This document shows, piece by piece, positions 63,561-64,000 of a DNA stretch of 64,000 nucleotides. The position numbers and the translations under genes were made by a program. The notes under the pieces are model-generated. The model was not told where the DNA came from and ran no database searches. It was given only the letters and a program-made list of their open reading frames with translations. The DNA is from Candidatus Portnoybacteria bacterium RIFCSPLOWO2_01_FULL_43_11 (lineage in GTDB: Bacteria; Patescibacteriota; Minisyncoccia; Portnoybacterales; UBA2143), in NCBI GenBank assembly GCA_001819605.1, contig MHNE01000017.1:10-64009 (forward strand), given 5' to 3'. The number at the start of each line of letters is the position of its first letter. Positions within the stretch are counted from its first letter, which is position 1.

Positions 63561-64000
63561 TTATTTATTGATTGAAACTGAAATTTTAATCCTCTTTTTT
63601 AAAAATTTAATGATAAAGAAAATTATTGCGGCCGCCGCGGCAAAAGCGAGAACAAACCAAAGGGGAAAAGTAAAAAAAGATATTTCTTCGGTCGTCAGTT
63701 CATTCCCTTCGCCGTCAATTATCTTGGCTTTCGCTTTATATTGGCCAAAAAGCAGGCCTTTTGGAACCCAATCGCTGTTTATCTCGCGAACCCAGCCTGG
63801 AAGAGCAATCTGACCGGCTATGGCCGTTTCCCCAGCTTCCCTGCCGAACATATTCGTAATTTTTATGCTTCCTTTGGGCTCAAAGTGAACCGTGCCGGTG
63901 TTTTCAAATTTAAGAGAAAAATTAACAGCCGGCGTTTTTCTTTTTAAAATATCTCTGATATTTTTCGGCCCTAAAATAAATTTAGGACCTGAAAAATCTG
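63561..64000 (-). CDS. Surface protein with a C-terminal TM anchor, C-terminal part (the 5' end lies outside the window)
   Basis: The frame stays open from the ORF-track ATG (63851) up to the window edge (...KFENTGTVHFEPKGSIKITNMFGREAGE...). C-terminal TM helix FVLAFAAAAAIIFFII followed by KKR. Confidence 0.5.
   Translation of the reverse strand, partial: DFSGPKFILGPKNIRDILKRKTPAVNFSLKFENTGTVHFEPKGSIKITNMFGREAGETAIAGQIALPGWVREINSDWVPKGLLFGQYKAKAKIIDGEGNELTTEEISFFTFPLWFVLAFAAAAAIIFFIIKFLKKRIKISVSINK

Noticed and set aside
1-64000. CRISPR arrays, rRNA/tRNA genes, transposases, integrases, reverse transcriptase/DGR template-variable repeat pairs, and prophage structural genes.
   Set aside because: I saw no regularly spaced repeats, no conserved RNA gene signatures and no ORF with the corresponding motifs on either strand. 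This is a visual scan only. A repeat finder and tRNAscan/Infernal run should confirm it.

Overview
This 64-kb window is AT-rich (roughly one-third G+C by eye, not computed) and almost entirely coding. I saw no rRNA, tRNA, CRISPR array, transposase or integrase. The gene content suggests a reduced-genome uncultivated bacterium, possibly Candidate Phyla Radiation/Parcubacteria-like, but that is inference only. The window divides into four parts. (1) Positions 1..35473 are a very large surface glycan/glycolipid assembly locus. It contains eight paralogous B12-binding-domain radical SAM enzymes and two SPASM-like radical SAM paralogs. These are interleaved with GT2/GT4 glycosyltransferases, polytopic membrane proteins, Wzx-like and PF03706-like flippase candidates, a carbamoyltransferase, an SGNH esterase, a methyltransferase, a phosphodiesterase-fold protein, an NTase-fold protein, a DUF362-ferredoxin fusion and an SDR epimerase. 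Twenty-three of these genes form one co-directional, overlap-coupled minus-strand array (3312..31811). (2) Positions 35474..39774 look like an inserted island. It carries a promoter/structured-RNA candidate, a DUF3800 protein, a small membrane-anchored protein and a 936-aa type IIG restriction-modification enzyme. (3) Positions 39775..59776 are a second glycan locus. It encodes Gmd plus a DegT-type aminotransferase, an AsnB amidotransferase, a polyprenyl-phosphate GT2 plus GT-C pair and many GT4s, one of them a fused double GT4. A second R-M operon (52032..54373) interrupts it. The first gene of that operon is a His/Cys-dyad (caspase/CHAT-like) protein split by a frameshift exactly at a U_UUU_UUC slippery heptamer. 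(4) Positions 59769..64000 are an operon of signal-peptide proteins. Two are membrane-anchored and cohesin-like, one carries a dockerin, and one is a partial surface protein. An ACACGAA heptamer array lies inside the coding sequence of this operon. All functional calls come from motif reading of the supplied translations. No database search was run.
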